DNA from: Curvularia clavata
Lineage: Eukaryota
Assembly (NCBI GenBank): GCA_023920165.1
Contig: CP089279.1
Location: 1,922,001 to 1,986,000 of the forward strand
Direction of reading: 5' to 3'
DNA: 64,000 nt
The number at the start of each line of letters is the position of its first letter. The first letter of the stretch is position 1. Both the position numbers and the translations under genes were made by a program. The notes under the pieces are model-generated. The model saw nothing but the letters and a program-made list of their open reading frames with translations. It was not told where the DNA came from and did no database searches. Shown in pieces: positions 47,746-60,269 of the stretch.

Positions 47746-48860
47746 ATGGTGCAAACGGTTAAGCTGTTTCTGATTCGCCATGGGGAGACAGTGGACAATG
47801 TTGCCCAAGTCTAGTAAGCATCCTACCACGTCGTCTCTTCAAAGCGTTCAATGCTAACTCTCTCAGTGCCGGCAGAAGAGATTCGTTACTCACCAACCAT
47901 GGCTACCAACAGGCTACCCGCCTGGGCCTATACTTCAAATCTCTCGGACTGACATTCACTCATCTCTTCTCCTCACATCTACGGCGAGCTGTGACCACGG
48001 CTAGCAGGATACGCGAGGCTCAATCGACACCGGTGGCTGATTGCCAGACTGCGAAAGCGGTGCCTGATATCGTGCAGCTGCCGATTTTAATGGAGAAGGA
48101 TTTTGGATCGTTGGAAGGGAAGAAATTTCACGTCCATCATCCCCAGATGAAGCTACCCAGCAAACGCCGGCCACACGAGAACAACCGTAAAGCGGGCTTT
48201 GTGGACGGCGAGTCGAAGGCCGATATGGTGCGTCGGGCCGATGCCTTTCTGGACAAACACCTCATACCTTTGTTTGAAGACTCGTCGAGCGATGATGATT
48301 TTGTTATTGCTATCGTTTCTCACGGCATCTTCCTTTCCACGTTGTGGAAACGCATACTACTGCGTGTTCCACCTCATAATACTGTCCTCTGTACTAGCCT
48401 CGAAGGAACGGTGCGGCAATCGCTGGAACATCTTGGTAGCTGGTCGAATACTGGCTATCTCGAGCTGTACTTCACAAGAGTGGTAGGCGAACACCGCAGC
48501 TCAACCACAGAGACGTGCGTAGTACCTAGTACAGCGCATTCAAAGTCGTTTGTTGAGGTCTCGGCTGCAGATGAAAGTCTGCGTAAGCATGGAATTCTAG
48601 TGTCGGTAGAGGAAACCACGGCACCATTCGATATTAGTGTCCCGCCAGCCTCTACGTCCCACGGGATGCAAGGATGGTCTATGTCTATTCTGAGAGTCAA
48701 CAGCAAGGACCATCTCCAGGGCCTCAAACGCGCGCGCGGTGGACTTGGAAGCTCAAGTCACGACGCATCGCAAATGAGCATTAAGGTGTTCTTTAAACGT
48801 TGCAAAACCGAACGAGAAAGTAAGCCAGAGGAAGTTCTTATCCCTTCGCACCTGCAATGA
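47746..48860 (+). CDS. Histidine phosphatase (phosphoglycerate mutase-like) family protein
   Basis: MVQTVKLFLIRHGETVDN (RHG motif), intron 47814-47866, then LTNHGYQQA, FSSHLRRA, LMEKDFGSLEG and IVSHG. Confidence 0.88.
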
Positions 48861-49760
48861 TGATAAAACATTTTATCACAGACCTGATCGGAATTTTCTG
48901 TCGACTAAAATTTGTACCAACTGCTGTCTGATTTGCAGCCATTATCCTCTTTCTCGCACTTCAACCCTCTTCAAGAGTTTTGCTAACAAGGGAAGCTACA
49001 GGTGCTGGACGGAGCTGTCATGGCCCGCATAACTCGAGTCATTGACGAACACCAATACATATCATACACTCTTGACCTTCTCCTGATTCGTGATTCTCGT
49101 ACTTTGTTGTTTCCTTATGAACATTAAAGTTGAATATCCCGCGGACCTGCCTTCCGCTCTTAAAGTTTATGCTTGACAACGACCGCCAATCTCTGTTGAT
49201 AGGCCTAGCGATGTGCCTCTTTCGTGATAGTGATACATATCGCTGGTAAAATGCTTTCACAATCGCTGAACCTTGTTGCATGTGCAAAGCATGCATTCGT
49301 GTCACGACACGGCTTTTGCTGGTTAGCTTTGCTGTGGAAGAGGCCCGTGTGAATACTGTCGTCGCTCACCGCAACACCAAAATGGCTTGGCGGCTGTGTC
49401 CTGAGCCCAAATCGATAGACCAGGTTGTTTCTTGTGATTTCCGGTGGCGGAGTATAGGCGCAGCGCTACGACCGACGTAGATGTGCGATGTCATGTTTCC
49501 AGACAGGTTTTGATGGGTGGCTGGGCAGCCGGCATCCCAGCCTCACGGCGACCCCAACCTTGGAAGACGTTTCTTCTTAATTCTCTTAGTATAAACTAAA
49601 AGAGTTCGGGGCCCGTCCGAATGGCGACGAAACTAAATTTGAAATATATTTCATTCGTTAACATACATTCATTTACCTGAGAGATTGGACAGTAAGATCT
49701 GCGTGCAGCCAATAGGAGCGCGTCACCGCTTGCGCCAGCAGGTTTCCACCTTCGTCCACC

Positions 49761-50723
49761 ATGAAACGAAGCACTTTAGTGTGGGTGTTGGGTGCAGTGA
49801 CGGCGCAGGCACTAGGCAGTGTGGCGCAGAAACCGTATGCAATGAATAGCAGTAAGTCAACAGTACCCTAGTACTCCTATATATGTTCGGGATCATTGAC
49901 TTTTATAGCTACGTCTGCTGGAATCCCACCGCCATATGCATCTGGCGCGAGATTGTCTATTTCATCACCATTATCGTCAAGGCCGTGCGACTCATGGACC
50001 AACTCATCTGAGTGGCCCACAGCAAGTGTCGCTCCATACCCAATTGTATCGCTGCCAGCTAGCTCTCTTGTCACTCCAACAGCAAGCCTAGTATCTGCTA
50101 GTCTTAGCGACGTGTTGAAAACGCAGCCTATGGCCGTTATGCCAACACTAAGCAGCTCAGCTGATCCGACGCCGGCTCTCCAATCTGTCAACACTGCCCA
50201 CGTTGCAGATAAGGCGGCGGCCATAGCGGCTGTAGCAGCAAGCTCAAGCATAGACCTCGAGCTGCTTTCCTCCATATTACTCTCCGGCCTCCCCGACACA
50301 CACACCAAAACAGAGACTGAAACAAAAACCGTCATCGTTAGTCTGACTCTACCCTTCCCTCTCCCGACACCCTCGTCAGACAGTGTCTCAAGCTCATTGG
50401 TTGCTTCCACCACGTCAATCGCAAACACACCTTCCCTATCTTCAGAGACTTCTACCACTGAATTTCCTACTTCACCACCTTTCTCATACAACCCATCTGC
50501 GTCTCGGGGCTCTGCGACTCCCATATCGAGACCTACACCAGATTCCTCGAGTGCAAACGTGGTGGGATCTACCCTCAGCACATCGTCAACACCCAGCGCA
50601 ACCGGAAACATGGAGATTCCACCTGCACCAAGCGCGGCGGGAGCCTCTGGCGGCTTGGGTGGGAGGGGTAAAGAGAGGGTATGGTGGGTTGCTTTCCTCG
50701 CTCCCTTCCTACTTGGGGCCTAA
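49761..50723 (+). CDS. Secreted Ser/Thr-rich, probably GPI-anchored cell-surface protein
   Basis: Signal peptide MKRSTLVWVLGAVTAQALG, intron 49852-49908 joining the S/T/P-rich ORF, then small residues (SAAGASGG) and a hydrophobic tail VWWVAFLAPFLLGA*. Confidence 0.78.
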
Positions 50724-51718
50724 GCGGGTGTGCTTTGTACGGGCGTAATGGGCTGTGAGAGTGGGCGGGCTGTGTGTTTCTTATGTGCGCATGCTTTACG
50801 ATATCATCGAATTTTTTTTCATGGACAGAATTACGAAGAGGAGGATATACCAGGTGCTCACACCATGCCAGGCGTTTACGACTTTACTTTTTCCGAGTTT
50901 AGCTGAGGATCTAGGCGGATAATGAGATGTTTGATATAGGAGAGCTTTGGAATTACCAGATGGCACATAATACATCAACATAGTAACACTTTGTTGTTCT
51001 TGCCTCGCGCTATTGTGAGAACTGTCAAGAGGTTCTTCTTTGTAAAACGGTGGGCTGAGGGCAGGGAAGTTCTTTGTAAGTTTACAGACATCTTTACGCA
51101 TGTGGTGGGGCTTACGGAACCGCTTCCTAGTTCCCGTGGAGTTTTGAGAAACATATGCAGTCTCACGAGATAGTTCTAGCGCCAAGTACCATGAGCGTGT
51201 AAATCCGGGGTTGTTGAGAGACAAATAGCACTGCGCGCTGAAGATCTCGGTTTGGGAGCGGGGGAAGGAGCGGCTTCGGCTAGTGCTATCACCATTTCTT
51301 CCGTCAATCAAACCGAGAGCCGTGCGTTAATTCTGTGAACCATTTTGTCGATTCGTACGACATCAACCAATCCACGTCCTGTCTTTAGTGATTTTGAAGT
51401 GACAGATGACTCTAGAGTATAGGATTGGCTTGTTTCTTCTTTCTCCAGAATCAGCATTCATTGAACCCGTATGAGGGGACCAGTCGATTGCAACGTCATC
51501 TTTGCCTTCAATGCAAATGAAATTGGATCCCTCGTCTTCCATTGAGCCGGTACCTTAATATACAGGCATCATTTCGGGAGACATTTGTCCGTGATACATC
51601 ACTGTGTTTGCATCCGTTCACTGGACGGCCCGGGAACCGTACTGGCAGCGTATAAAAACAATGGTACCTTGTCTATAGGTCAGTCTTTAGGCGAGTAACA
51701 TTCGCGATTCACCTCAAC

Positions 51719-54085
51719 ATGCGATCGTCTTTTTACAGGGCAACCTCGCTTCTGGTTGGGTGCATGCTGTACCTTCCCAGCAGCGCTATCGATCTTGTCC
51801 GGAGAGAGCAGGCAGCGGATGCAATATACAAAGATGCTTCTGCTTCCATTGAGGACAGGGTTTCTGATCTTCTTTCACGGATGACTATCGAAGAGAAAAC
51901 GGCCCAGCTCATCCAAGGAGACATATCAAATTGGATCAACACCACCACGAATGCTGTCAACCAAACAGGCCTAGAATGGAACTTCAGGGTCCGCGCGGGC
52001 CAGTTCTACGTCGGTTATCCCATGCCCGCAGAATGGATTAGCAATGGCATTAAAATTGGTCAAGAATATCTAATGCACAACACAACCCTAGGGATACCAG
52101 CGCTGGTCCAGACAGAGGCTATACATGGCTTGTTGGTTGGCAATGCAACCATTTTCAATAGCCCTATTGGGCAGGCTTGCTCATTCGACCCAGAGTTAAT
52201 CCACGATATGGCAGCGGCTATCGCAAAGGAAGCGCTAGCTTTGGGCGTCAACCAACTGTTTGCGCCACTCGCCGATTTGGCCCGCGAGCTGCGTTACGGA
52301 AGAGTAGAAGAAACGTACGGCGAAGATGGCTTCCTGGCCGGAGAAATGGCTTACGAGTATGTCAAAGGCGTGCAAAGCCTTAACGTAAGCGCTACTGTGA
52401 AGCATTTTGCAGGGTTCAGCGCTCCCGAGCAGGGTCTGAACACTGGACCAGTTCATGGAGGCGAAAGAGAGCTTCGGACGACTTGGCTCCCGTCATTCAA
52501 GCGAGCCATCATTGATGGAGGTGCCTGGAATATCATGGGAGCATACCATTCCTATGATGGCATACCTTCGATAGCCGATGGCCATCTGCAAGAGACTATT
52601 CTGCGCGACGAATGGGGCTACAAGTATTGGCTGACTTCAGATGCCGGAGCCACCGACCGTCTGTGCTGCAGCTTCAAGCTGTGTCAGTGCAAGACTAAAG
52701 ACAAACCAATCGACAGCGAGGCTGTGACACTTATGGCTCTTCCAAACGGAAATGACGTAGAGATGGGCGGCGGCTCATACAACTATGCGAACATTCCTCG
52801 GTTGGTGGAAGAAGGGAAGCTTGATATTGAGATTATCGACAGGGCAGTCAGTCGTCAGCTGCGTGCAAAGTTTCAGCAGGGCCTTTTTGAACATCCATAC
52901 CAAGGTCTTCCTTTGGATCAAATCGACTCTGCTATTCACACTGATGACCATGTGGCGCTTGCGCGGAAATTAGAGGCCGACTCTATTGTCTTACTGGAGA
53001 ACAAGAACAACATACTACCACTTTCGAAATCTGCTAATGTCGCTGTAATTGGGCCCATGGCTAACATCACCAACCTTGGCGACTACGTTGTGTATCGTTC
53101 GCAGTATAACCCCTCCAACGTCACGCCTTTGCAAGGAATTCAGAAGGCTTCAAATGGAACCGTCACGTTCGCACAAGGCTGCCAACGCTGGTCGAATGAT
53201 CAGTCCGGGTTCTCAGACGCGATCGCAGCGGCCAAAGCAGCTGACGTCGCCGTCGTTGTTGTCGGTACTTGGTCACGTGATCAGCAGGAGCTCTGGCAGG
53301 GCTTGAATGCAACAACCGGTGAGCACGTTGATCTTGCATCGCTCAACCTTGTGGGTGCTATGGGCCCACTCGTCCAAGCAATCATTGAAACAGGAAAGCC
53401 CACAGTCGTTGTGTACTCGTCCGGGAAACCTGTCACAGAGCCTTGGATTTCCGAGAATGCGGCCGGACTTCTGCAGATGTTCTATCCAGGCGAGCAGGGT
53501 GGCAACGGCTTAGCTGATGTACTGTTTGGTGACGTTACGCCCTCAGGCAAACTTTCTGTTTCGTTCCCATACGATGTTGGAACATTGCCAATCTACTACG
53601 ACTACTTGAACTCCGGCCGATCCACAGACCCTGGAGCAGTCTTGCCTAACGGAACCCTACAGTTTGGCCATCAATACGTACTCAACACCCCGCAACCGCT
53701 CTATGAATTTGGATATGGTCTCTCTTATGCGAACTTCACTTATTCTGGAGTTAAGCTCTCCAAGACTGAAGTAAGCCCCAGCGACACCGTATCCGTGACC
53801 GTGAGCGTCACAAATTCATCACCCGTGGATGGCAAAGAGGTCGTGCAAGTTTATGTACAGGATGTGTTTGCCAGCGTTGTGGTGCCTAACAAGGAACTCA
53901 AAGGTTTCAAAAAGGTAATGATTAAGGCTGGCGAGACTGTTGAAGTCACTATTGACTTGGATGTATCCAAGTGGGGCCTTTGGGATAGGAAAATGAATTA
54001 TGTGGTCGAAAAAGGCGATTTCATCGTCCATGTTGGTTCCAGTTCGTTGGATTTGAGGGGCAACGGCACAGTCACAGTAGTCTGA
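51719..54085 (+). CDS. Secreted glycoside hydrolase family 3 (beta-glucosidase/xylosidase) with FnIII-like domain
   Basis: Signal peptide, MTIEEKTAQL, RYGRVEETYGED, VKHFAG, nucleophile region WLTSDAG, PSGKLSVSFP, PLYEFGYGLSY and GKEVVQVY. TATAAAA at 51651. Confidence 0.96.
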   Translation: MRSSFYRATSLLVGCMLYLPSSAIDLVRREQAADAIYKDASASIEDRVSDLLSRMTIEEKTAQLIQGDISNWINTTTNAVNQTGLEWNFRVRAGQFYVGYPMPAEWISNGIKIGQEYLMHNTTLGIPALVQTEAIHGLLVGNATIFNSPIGQACSFDPELIHDMAAAIAKEALALGVNQLFAPLADLARELRYGRVEETYGEDGFLAGEMAYEYVKGVQSLNVSATVKHFAGFSAPEQGLNTGPVHGGERELRTTWLPSFKRAIIDGGAWNIMGAYHSYDGIPSIADGHLQETILRDEWGYKYWLTSDAGATDRLCCSFKLCQCKTKDKPIDSEAVTLMALPNGNDVEMGGGSYNYANIPRLVEEGKLDIEIIDRAVSRQLRAKFQQGLFEHPYQGLPLDQIDSAIHTDDHVALARKLEADSIVLLENKNNILPLSKSANVAVIGPMANITNLGDYVVYRSQYNPSNVTPLQGIQKASNGTVTFAQGCQRWSNDQSGFSDAIAAAKAADVAVVVVGTWSRDQQELWQGLNATTGEHVDLASLNLVGAMGPLVQAIIETGKPTVVVYSSGKPVTEPWISENAAGLLQMFYPGEQGGNGLADVLFGDVTPSGKLSVSFPYDVGTLPIYYDYLNSGRSTDPGAVLPNGTLQFGHQYVLNTPQPLYEFGYGLSYANFTYSGVKLSKTEVSPSDTVSVTVSVTNSSPVDGKEVVQVYVQDVFASVVVPNKELKGFKKVMIKAGETVEVTIDLDVSKWGLWDRKMNYVVEKGDFIVHVGSSSLDLRGNGTVTVV

Positions 54086-54395
54086 AGTCACAATGGAGCA
54101 GATACTGGAAAGCGAGATTACTTAGAAACATAATCCCTGTCTGGGCTTGCATGTGGCTATGTGTGTCTGTTGGCGAAAAGGAAGGCTTGCTAGTGCATAA
54201 CCCCAGCTGAACAAACGCATAACTAGTATCTTCTTGCGCCTGTTTTTTATCAAATACCATATTGATTGCTTGAACTTGCCACTCGTTTGACTAAGGTCGC
54301 GTTTCCTTTACGTACATTGTTCTTAGCTTTGTCTCTGAACGATCGCCGCACCTTCTTCATCGATGGCACCTCTCACTGTCTCCTGATCCCAGTTC

Positions 54396-55518
54396 ATGAC
54401 GGATGATGAAAGCAGCAATATTGAGGTCTCTTCTGATGACGACGAGAGGATACTAGATTTGAACGCTGATCTTATCGGTGTTGGTTGTGCTACAAAGGAT
54501 CTCAATATTGTCAACGGACACAGGCCTAGTTGGGGTCACAGAAAGACATTTCGGGGAGCGTATCAGAACTATTGTGTATTTCGGACACATGGATTTTATT
54601 TTGTGGCTACCTCTGACCCATTGTTGGAGAGATGGCATCGTGAGATCGTTCAACTTCAATTCAACTTCGTTCAACCCCATCTATACGCACAATAAGAAAG
54701 CAATCCTCATTGAGGTGAAGCATCCAACAACCAGCAAGCTTCTTTGTTCTATGAAATTCCAATATGACAAGTATGGATACTGCATGAGGGGCTTGAAGAT
54801 GGTTGACTTCAAAGCCGCACTCAAATACTGTCATTTAGGCACTGGTGGAACTACCAACGCAAATGAAAAAAGGTTGAATGGGCAACACGGCGACAGAATG
54901 AGGCTCTCTACCATTGTTTTCAGGCGCAAGATATTCAACATTTACTACAAAAGCGATGGTTCTAAGTGGAGATTCTTATTCAGGAAGGGCGACCTCACTT
55001 ACTTACTCACTTGCATCAGCAAGAAGAGCTTGGGCAAGATGAGTTAGAAGACTCGTATTCGGCCCAGAAATGCCGTCGCTAATCCCTGCGAAGATGTTTG
55101 TCTGAGAATAGATGCTCCAGGTACTGCTCGTACAATCCAGGGGATCAAGACCGGAGCCGACCGACCACGTTGGGTGCATTTAAGGAATAGCTTACTAAAA
55201 CTCGATCTCAGCCCGCCAACGGATGTAATCTGCACCAAGGACGGCGACCTGATCGCGGATTCTAAGTATCAATCGCTCATGTATATACGTGGTCCACTGT
55301 TGCCGAGTGGTGGTGCATTCCAGTCAAATTATGCCTACGGGTACAATTTCGTCGATGGAATAATCTCTTCTGGCCATAACATGCTAGTAGTCGTTGGTGA
55401 CGAGAAAGACGGTATCTTGGAAATTTGGACAGCTACAAGCCCGGTACCATTACCTGTACATGCACCCGTCGCCAAAAGGATCTGCAAGTGCGATAGAAAA
55501 AAAATCATAGCAATTTAG
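54396..55518 (+). pseudogene. Degenerate gene for a GHKL/HATPase-like fungal hypothetical protein
   Basis: Two same-frame ORFs (54478-55047 and 55174-55518) are separated only by one in-frame TAG at 55045. Decayed motifs resemble the GHKL N box (TFRGAYQN/WRDGI), G1 (LGTGGTT) and G2 (GQHGDRMRL). The sequence degenerates further 3'. Confidence 0.5.
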
Positions 55519-57018
55519 CCTCAGCTTTGTTACCAAAGATTTGGCTCCAACCTTTCGGAGCTCTTGGTGAAAAGATTGAGCACAAGTCGCTTGTTTGTGG
55601 TGGAGGCTTTCCTGGAAGCCATAATATCTATCGGATCCGAGATGCATCTGAACAGAAGATCTCCATTCTAAAGCCTAGTATTTAGACCGCAAAGCCAGCA
55701 CGCAAGATAATGCAGGGTAAAAAAAAAAGTGAGCAAGGTTTTGAAGAAGCCATGGACGACTAGGGCATCCAACTAGGCGGGCGCTTTGCCCAGGGAAGTG
55801 AGGAGTATGATTCCATCTTCACAAGGGGTTATATCGTGTTGCTATCGAAACAGTATTGCTAATAACCATATTTCATTGGCGCTGAAGGACTGGATGAGAA
55901 AGACTGGATTGAGCGAGCTGTGCGCTAAAGCTTTCGTGTAGACTGTTTCCCTGCTCTGCATATTTGGTGAACCCCATTATCGGGTTATCGGACGTCAAAA
56001 CTGGAAACAGAATCACCGGAAACACCCTATAGTGCGGTTTAAGTTCTCCTGTTGGCGTTTTGCACGCTTCTGATTCGCTCGAGTGTTTAGGGAGCATGTG
56101 CCATGTCTTCAAGGGCTGATGTAGGAAAGACGAAAGCTGTCTACAACTCTAGTGTAATCTCACTGGCTGGACTAGTTGAGTCTATCTTCGAGAGTTTATA
56201 TCCCTGTGTGTGCGGACCGAGCCGTACTGGTCGAATTTGAAATGCTGGCGTATTCGAGTGGCTAGCATCTTTCACAATTGCGTACAAGTCTTCCACCATG
56301 CTTTCACTATCCCAACAAGAGCCCATCCAATATTTCTAATTTGAAGTCAAATACTTCAAAGATGGAATCTTTGTATCGCCAATAACATTAAATGTCATGG
56401 TTGTCTAACAAAGCTCCACATGAACTTCGTCAGCGGCTGCGACGAGTCCACCAGCTTCGTTTTTCGACGATTCCGCCACATACGAGTAGTACTGCCGCCC
56501 TACAAGACATAGCTTGCCCATTCGACAATAGGAGATGGAGATGGCTACAACTGTCGCGCCGCGATGCATTAACTTACCCAATGGCGTTAACGTGCATCTA
56601 GTTCCCAATCTGGCATTCAGCTCGCTTACCAGCGGCCTCGGAACCGACGGTCACGACTGCGCAAGTGCTCGAGACTTTGATATCAGCAGATACGTAGGCG
56701 ATCCACCACTTGTCATCTCCAATTGGAGCCATGGCAGCCGGCGGTGAGGGCATCGGAAAACTGCTGCGTCTTGCCCGCCGCAAAGATTTGCTCAATGAGG
56801 AAACCGGCTCCATAAATGCCCCGCGCCTAGTCTACCCACGACCACAACGACGAGGCCGAGAACGGCCCACTTATCGTATCAACCGATTTGGGAATTGAAG
56901 TGGGAATTGTAATGGAGACGAGTATAAATATAATGCGCGGCGATAGGGCTTCCTCATCGCTGTATCAAACCTCTACCACTTCATGCTCTGCGACGATAAG
57001 CCCTGGATCTTGAACAAC

Positions 57019-58398
57019 ATGGCATCCGGTAAACCCTCATACCTCGTCGTTGGCGCTGGCGTCTTCGGCATTTCAACTGCCTACCACCTCATCAAGAAGT
57101 ATCCTGACCGCCAGGTCACCGTTGTCGACCAAGATGCTTGGGACGCTGACAACCGCGTTGCTGCGTCGTGGGACTGGAACAAGGTTGTGCGCGCTGACTA
57201 CGACGATGTCATCTATTGCAGACTTGCTCTAGAAGCCCAGGACGTCTTCAAGGAGGACCCCCTCTGGAAACCGTACTTCCACGAGACCGGTATCTTCTGG
57301 ATCTGCCGTTCAGACTACGCCCAAGATGTCATTGACAACTACAAAAAGCTTGGCCGAGAGGCAGACCTCCAGGCTGTTTCTGTTGAGGAAGCAAAGAAGA
57401 TGTTTGGCGGGCTTTTCGAGGAGGCCAACTATGACGGCGCCAAGAGTGTTCTAGTCAACAAGACCAGTGGATGGGCACAAGCTGGCGACGCACTGAGAGC
57501 CGTTACCAAGTGGTCCATTGGCAAGGGAGTCAATTACGTTACTGAGAAGGTTGAGAGTCTCGAGTTCGACAACACCGGCCGCTGCACTGGAGTAAGGACC
57601 GAGCAAGGCAACACTCATTCTGCTACACACGTCGTTCTCTCCACCGGCGCCTACACAGCAAAACTGCTTGAGCAGGCTGCAAAGAAAAGCGGAAACAACA
57701 ACCTCCGTGCTGGATCGAGAATTGTTGCTGGTGGCATCACGACCGGTATGACCACCCTCGACGAGCAATCATATGAGCGATTCAAGCACATGCCAGTCGG
57801 TGTTCAAGGCTACACCGCTGCTTACGGACCCTTCATCGGCAGCTTACCGCCTACCAAGGACCGCGAGCTCAAGTGGTGGGGTGAGAAGATCTTCAAGAAC
57901 ACACATGAGGTTCTCCCTGGCCGCTTCGTGTCTGCACCGCCATCAGGAAAGGACTACAACCAATGGGATGTTCCTAGCCCGCTGAAGCTTGACATTTCGC
58001 ACGCCAACGACGTCTTCTACGGCAAGAAGGGTGCTAACTGGAAGATGGACAAGCACCGAATTTGCTGGTGAGTTTAGAATTCTACATTTCTCTTAACTCT
58101 TTCTCGTAATACTAACCACCACGCCAGGGACGCCTTCACAACCTCATCCGACTTCATCATCTCACCCCACGCCGGTGCAAAGGGTCTATACGTCGCAACA
58201 TGCGGCTCCTTCCACGGCTACAAGTTCTTCCCCGTTCTTGGCAAGTACGTCATACAGATGCTAGAAGAAGAGCTCGAGCCCGAGCTCAAGGAGAAATGGG
58301 CCTGGGACCGTGAAAGGCCCGCCCCAAGTCTCAACCCCGATTGGCCGCGCTTCGAAATGACGGATCTGTTGGACCAGTGGCCAAAGGCTAAGTTGTAA
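57019..58398 (+). CDS. Peroxisomal FAD-dependent amine oxidase (sarcosine/pipecolate/fructosyl-amino-acid oxidase family)
   Basis: YLVVGAGVFGIST (GxGxxG), AASWDWNKVVRADY, intron 58068-58127 giving RICWDAFT, GSFHGYKFFP and C-terminal -AKL*. An in-frame upstream ATG lies at 56983 and TATAAATA at 56923. Confidence 0.92.
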
Positions 58399-59008
58399 GA
58401 TTTATTGCATGTGTTTTATGAGAAGAAGAAGAGCTTGTTGGGCGTGATGAAGTAATGAATTCATGTGCATATTTGCATGGCGTCTGGGAGTAGGCCTTGT
58501 ACCCAGTAGGATAGATGCATCGATTTACGTTTCTCGTTTTCGTCTTCGAAAAGAACGGTCTATTGCAGTTTTTTGTTGCGACAAGAAACTCATGCTACTC
58601 AAGTGGCTTTTTGTGACTATGTCAACTGAAATGACGACCTTGAAAGGTGCGAGTAAGTTTTGTGGCTCTTGGTAGAAAGAACCCAACGTTTGTGTCAGAG
58701 TCATATAATTTCTTTGTATATATGAATTAAGTAAGCAAAAGCACCACTAATAATTCTTTCATATGACGATTGTCATTCTGAGCAATTTGCAAAAGATAAT
58801 GCCTTGAGCTCCCCAGTTTTACATGCTGTTCCGCAATGAAACAGATGGCTTGTGCAAATAGGCACATCAGTATGTTCGAAAGAGGTTATTTCAAGGTCGA
58901 AGTAATATATACATGTCATAAAGTTGATATTTACATCAAAATAGGCCGTCACATTTAGGCCTTTACACGTCCCTTCCTCTTTTCACCTCCTGCGCGTACA
59001 AGACACGT

Positions 59009-59803
59009 CTAAGCAGTGACCTTGCTCTTGATGAAGTTGAGAGCCTGCGAACCGTAAATGCTGACGTACTGCTGGTGGTGGTTGGCGTCATTGCCATTGC
59101 AGCAGTAGGGGTCCTGAGAGTCGCAGTAGCTCTGGATAATGCTGCTGCTGGCTGGGGAGCAGGTGAAGCCGCTTGGACGGGCGGCAAACTAATGCAGCTG
59201 TTAGATACATCCTTGATATTCTAAGATGCTCAGGAACTTACGCCTTGAGCGCGGCAAGTGCCCACGTTGTACGGGAGACCGCTGCGGTTGTGTGGGTCGC
59301 CCATGAAGATGGCGGCCTTCACGGCCTTGAGAGCGTTGCCAGTAAGAGTGGAGCCCGCGCCGCCGCAGAGTGCGTTGTCCATAATTTGACCACCCTGCGT
59401 TCTGTTAGCATTTTCTTTTCATTCGTAGTTTGGAGCACTCGTGACGAACCTGAGAGTATCCAATGAGGACGATCTGGGTGTCGGGGCATCTCTGGTTGTA
59501 GGCAGTAACAGCCTTGACAACAGCTGCAGTACCCTGAGAAGCTGAGTTGTCATAGCTAATGCCACCGCAAGCCGATCCACCACCGCAGGCAGGATACACA
59601 ATAGCCTCGGAGCCAGCGCCAGGGTAGGCCGACTTGACAGAGTTGACAAGACCACCAGCAGTTCCGTACCCGTTGCTTTGAGGGACAGTGGTCTCACGAG
59701 CACCGAAAATGTAGACCTTTGGGCAGCTCTGGCGCTCAGTGAGCTCGACAGGGCCTGCAGCCGCGAGGCCGGCAAAGAGAGCTGCAGCAGTTGTAAACTT
59801 CAT
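59009..59803 (-). CDS. Secreted acetylxylan esterase (CE5, AXE II-like)
   Basis: Signal peptide, CPKVYIFGARETT, YPACGG, GYSQG across intron 59395-59449, IFMGDP, intron 59189-59241 and SYCDSQDPYCCNG...HQQY. Confidence 0.94.
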
Positions 59804-60262
59804 TTTGGAGATTGTTTGCGGGATGATGATGGTGTGAGGAGAGGCTGATGTTCACTTCAAAGCAGCGAACGTATCCATATATAAAAAGACAGTTTCACAT
59901 AGTATGCAGCCTTGAGTTGTTTAGGCAGAATACCAGTCTCCTCAACTAGTTTCATATTGAATAGTGGGGCAGAAACTGCTGGTTTGTTTTCTTTGGCGCA
60001 GAGAAGGTCCTTTCATCCGTTGTCGCAATCTATTTGAGTAGGCATGTGGCGATGATCAGACAGGGGTATTGCCGTGATTCGTGTCGCTTCGATGCAGGAT
60101 CATACGGCGGCGCTCTGGGGTGCATATGCAGTCGGAAAAAAATGCATGAAACGAGCAAATGAAAGCCTTCAATAGGGCAAGACTGCCGGTAATCCCTCGG
60201 CCGGATGGCGGCTTTGCGGCCGCGTGGACAGCCGGTCTACGGTTGTGGAGCCGAACGGCAAT

Positions 60263-60269
60263 GGCTAAA
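60263..60269 (+). promoter_or_regulatory. Candidate XlnR/XYR1 site upstream of the acetylxylan esterase
   Basis: GGCTAAA about 460 nt upstream of the ATG at 59803. Single short motif. Confidence 0.35.

Noticed and set aside
49877..50611. 244-aa - strand ORF
   Set aside because: Antisense shadow of the Ser/Thr-rich GPI-type gene.
2796..58398. Functional link between the two -AKL (PTS1) proteins
   Set aside because: They lie about 54 kb apart with unrelated genes between, so there is no evidence of a cluster.
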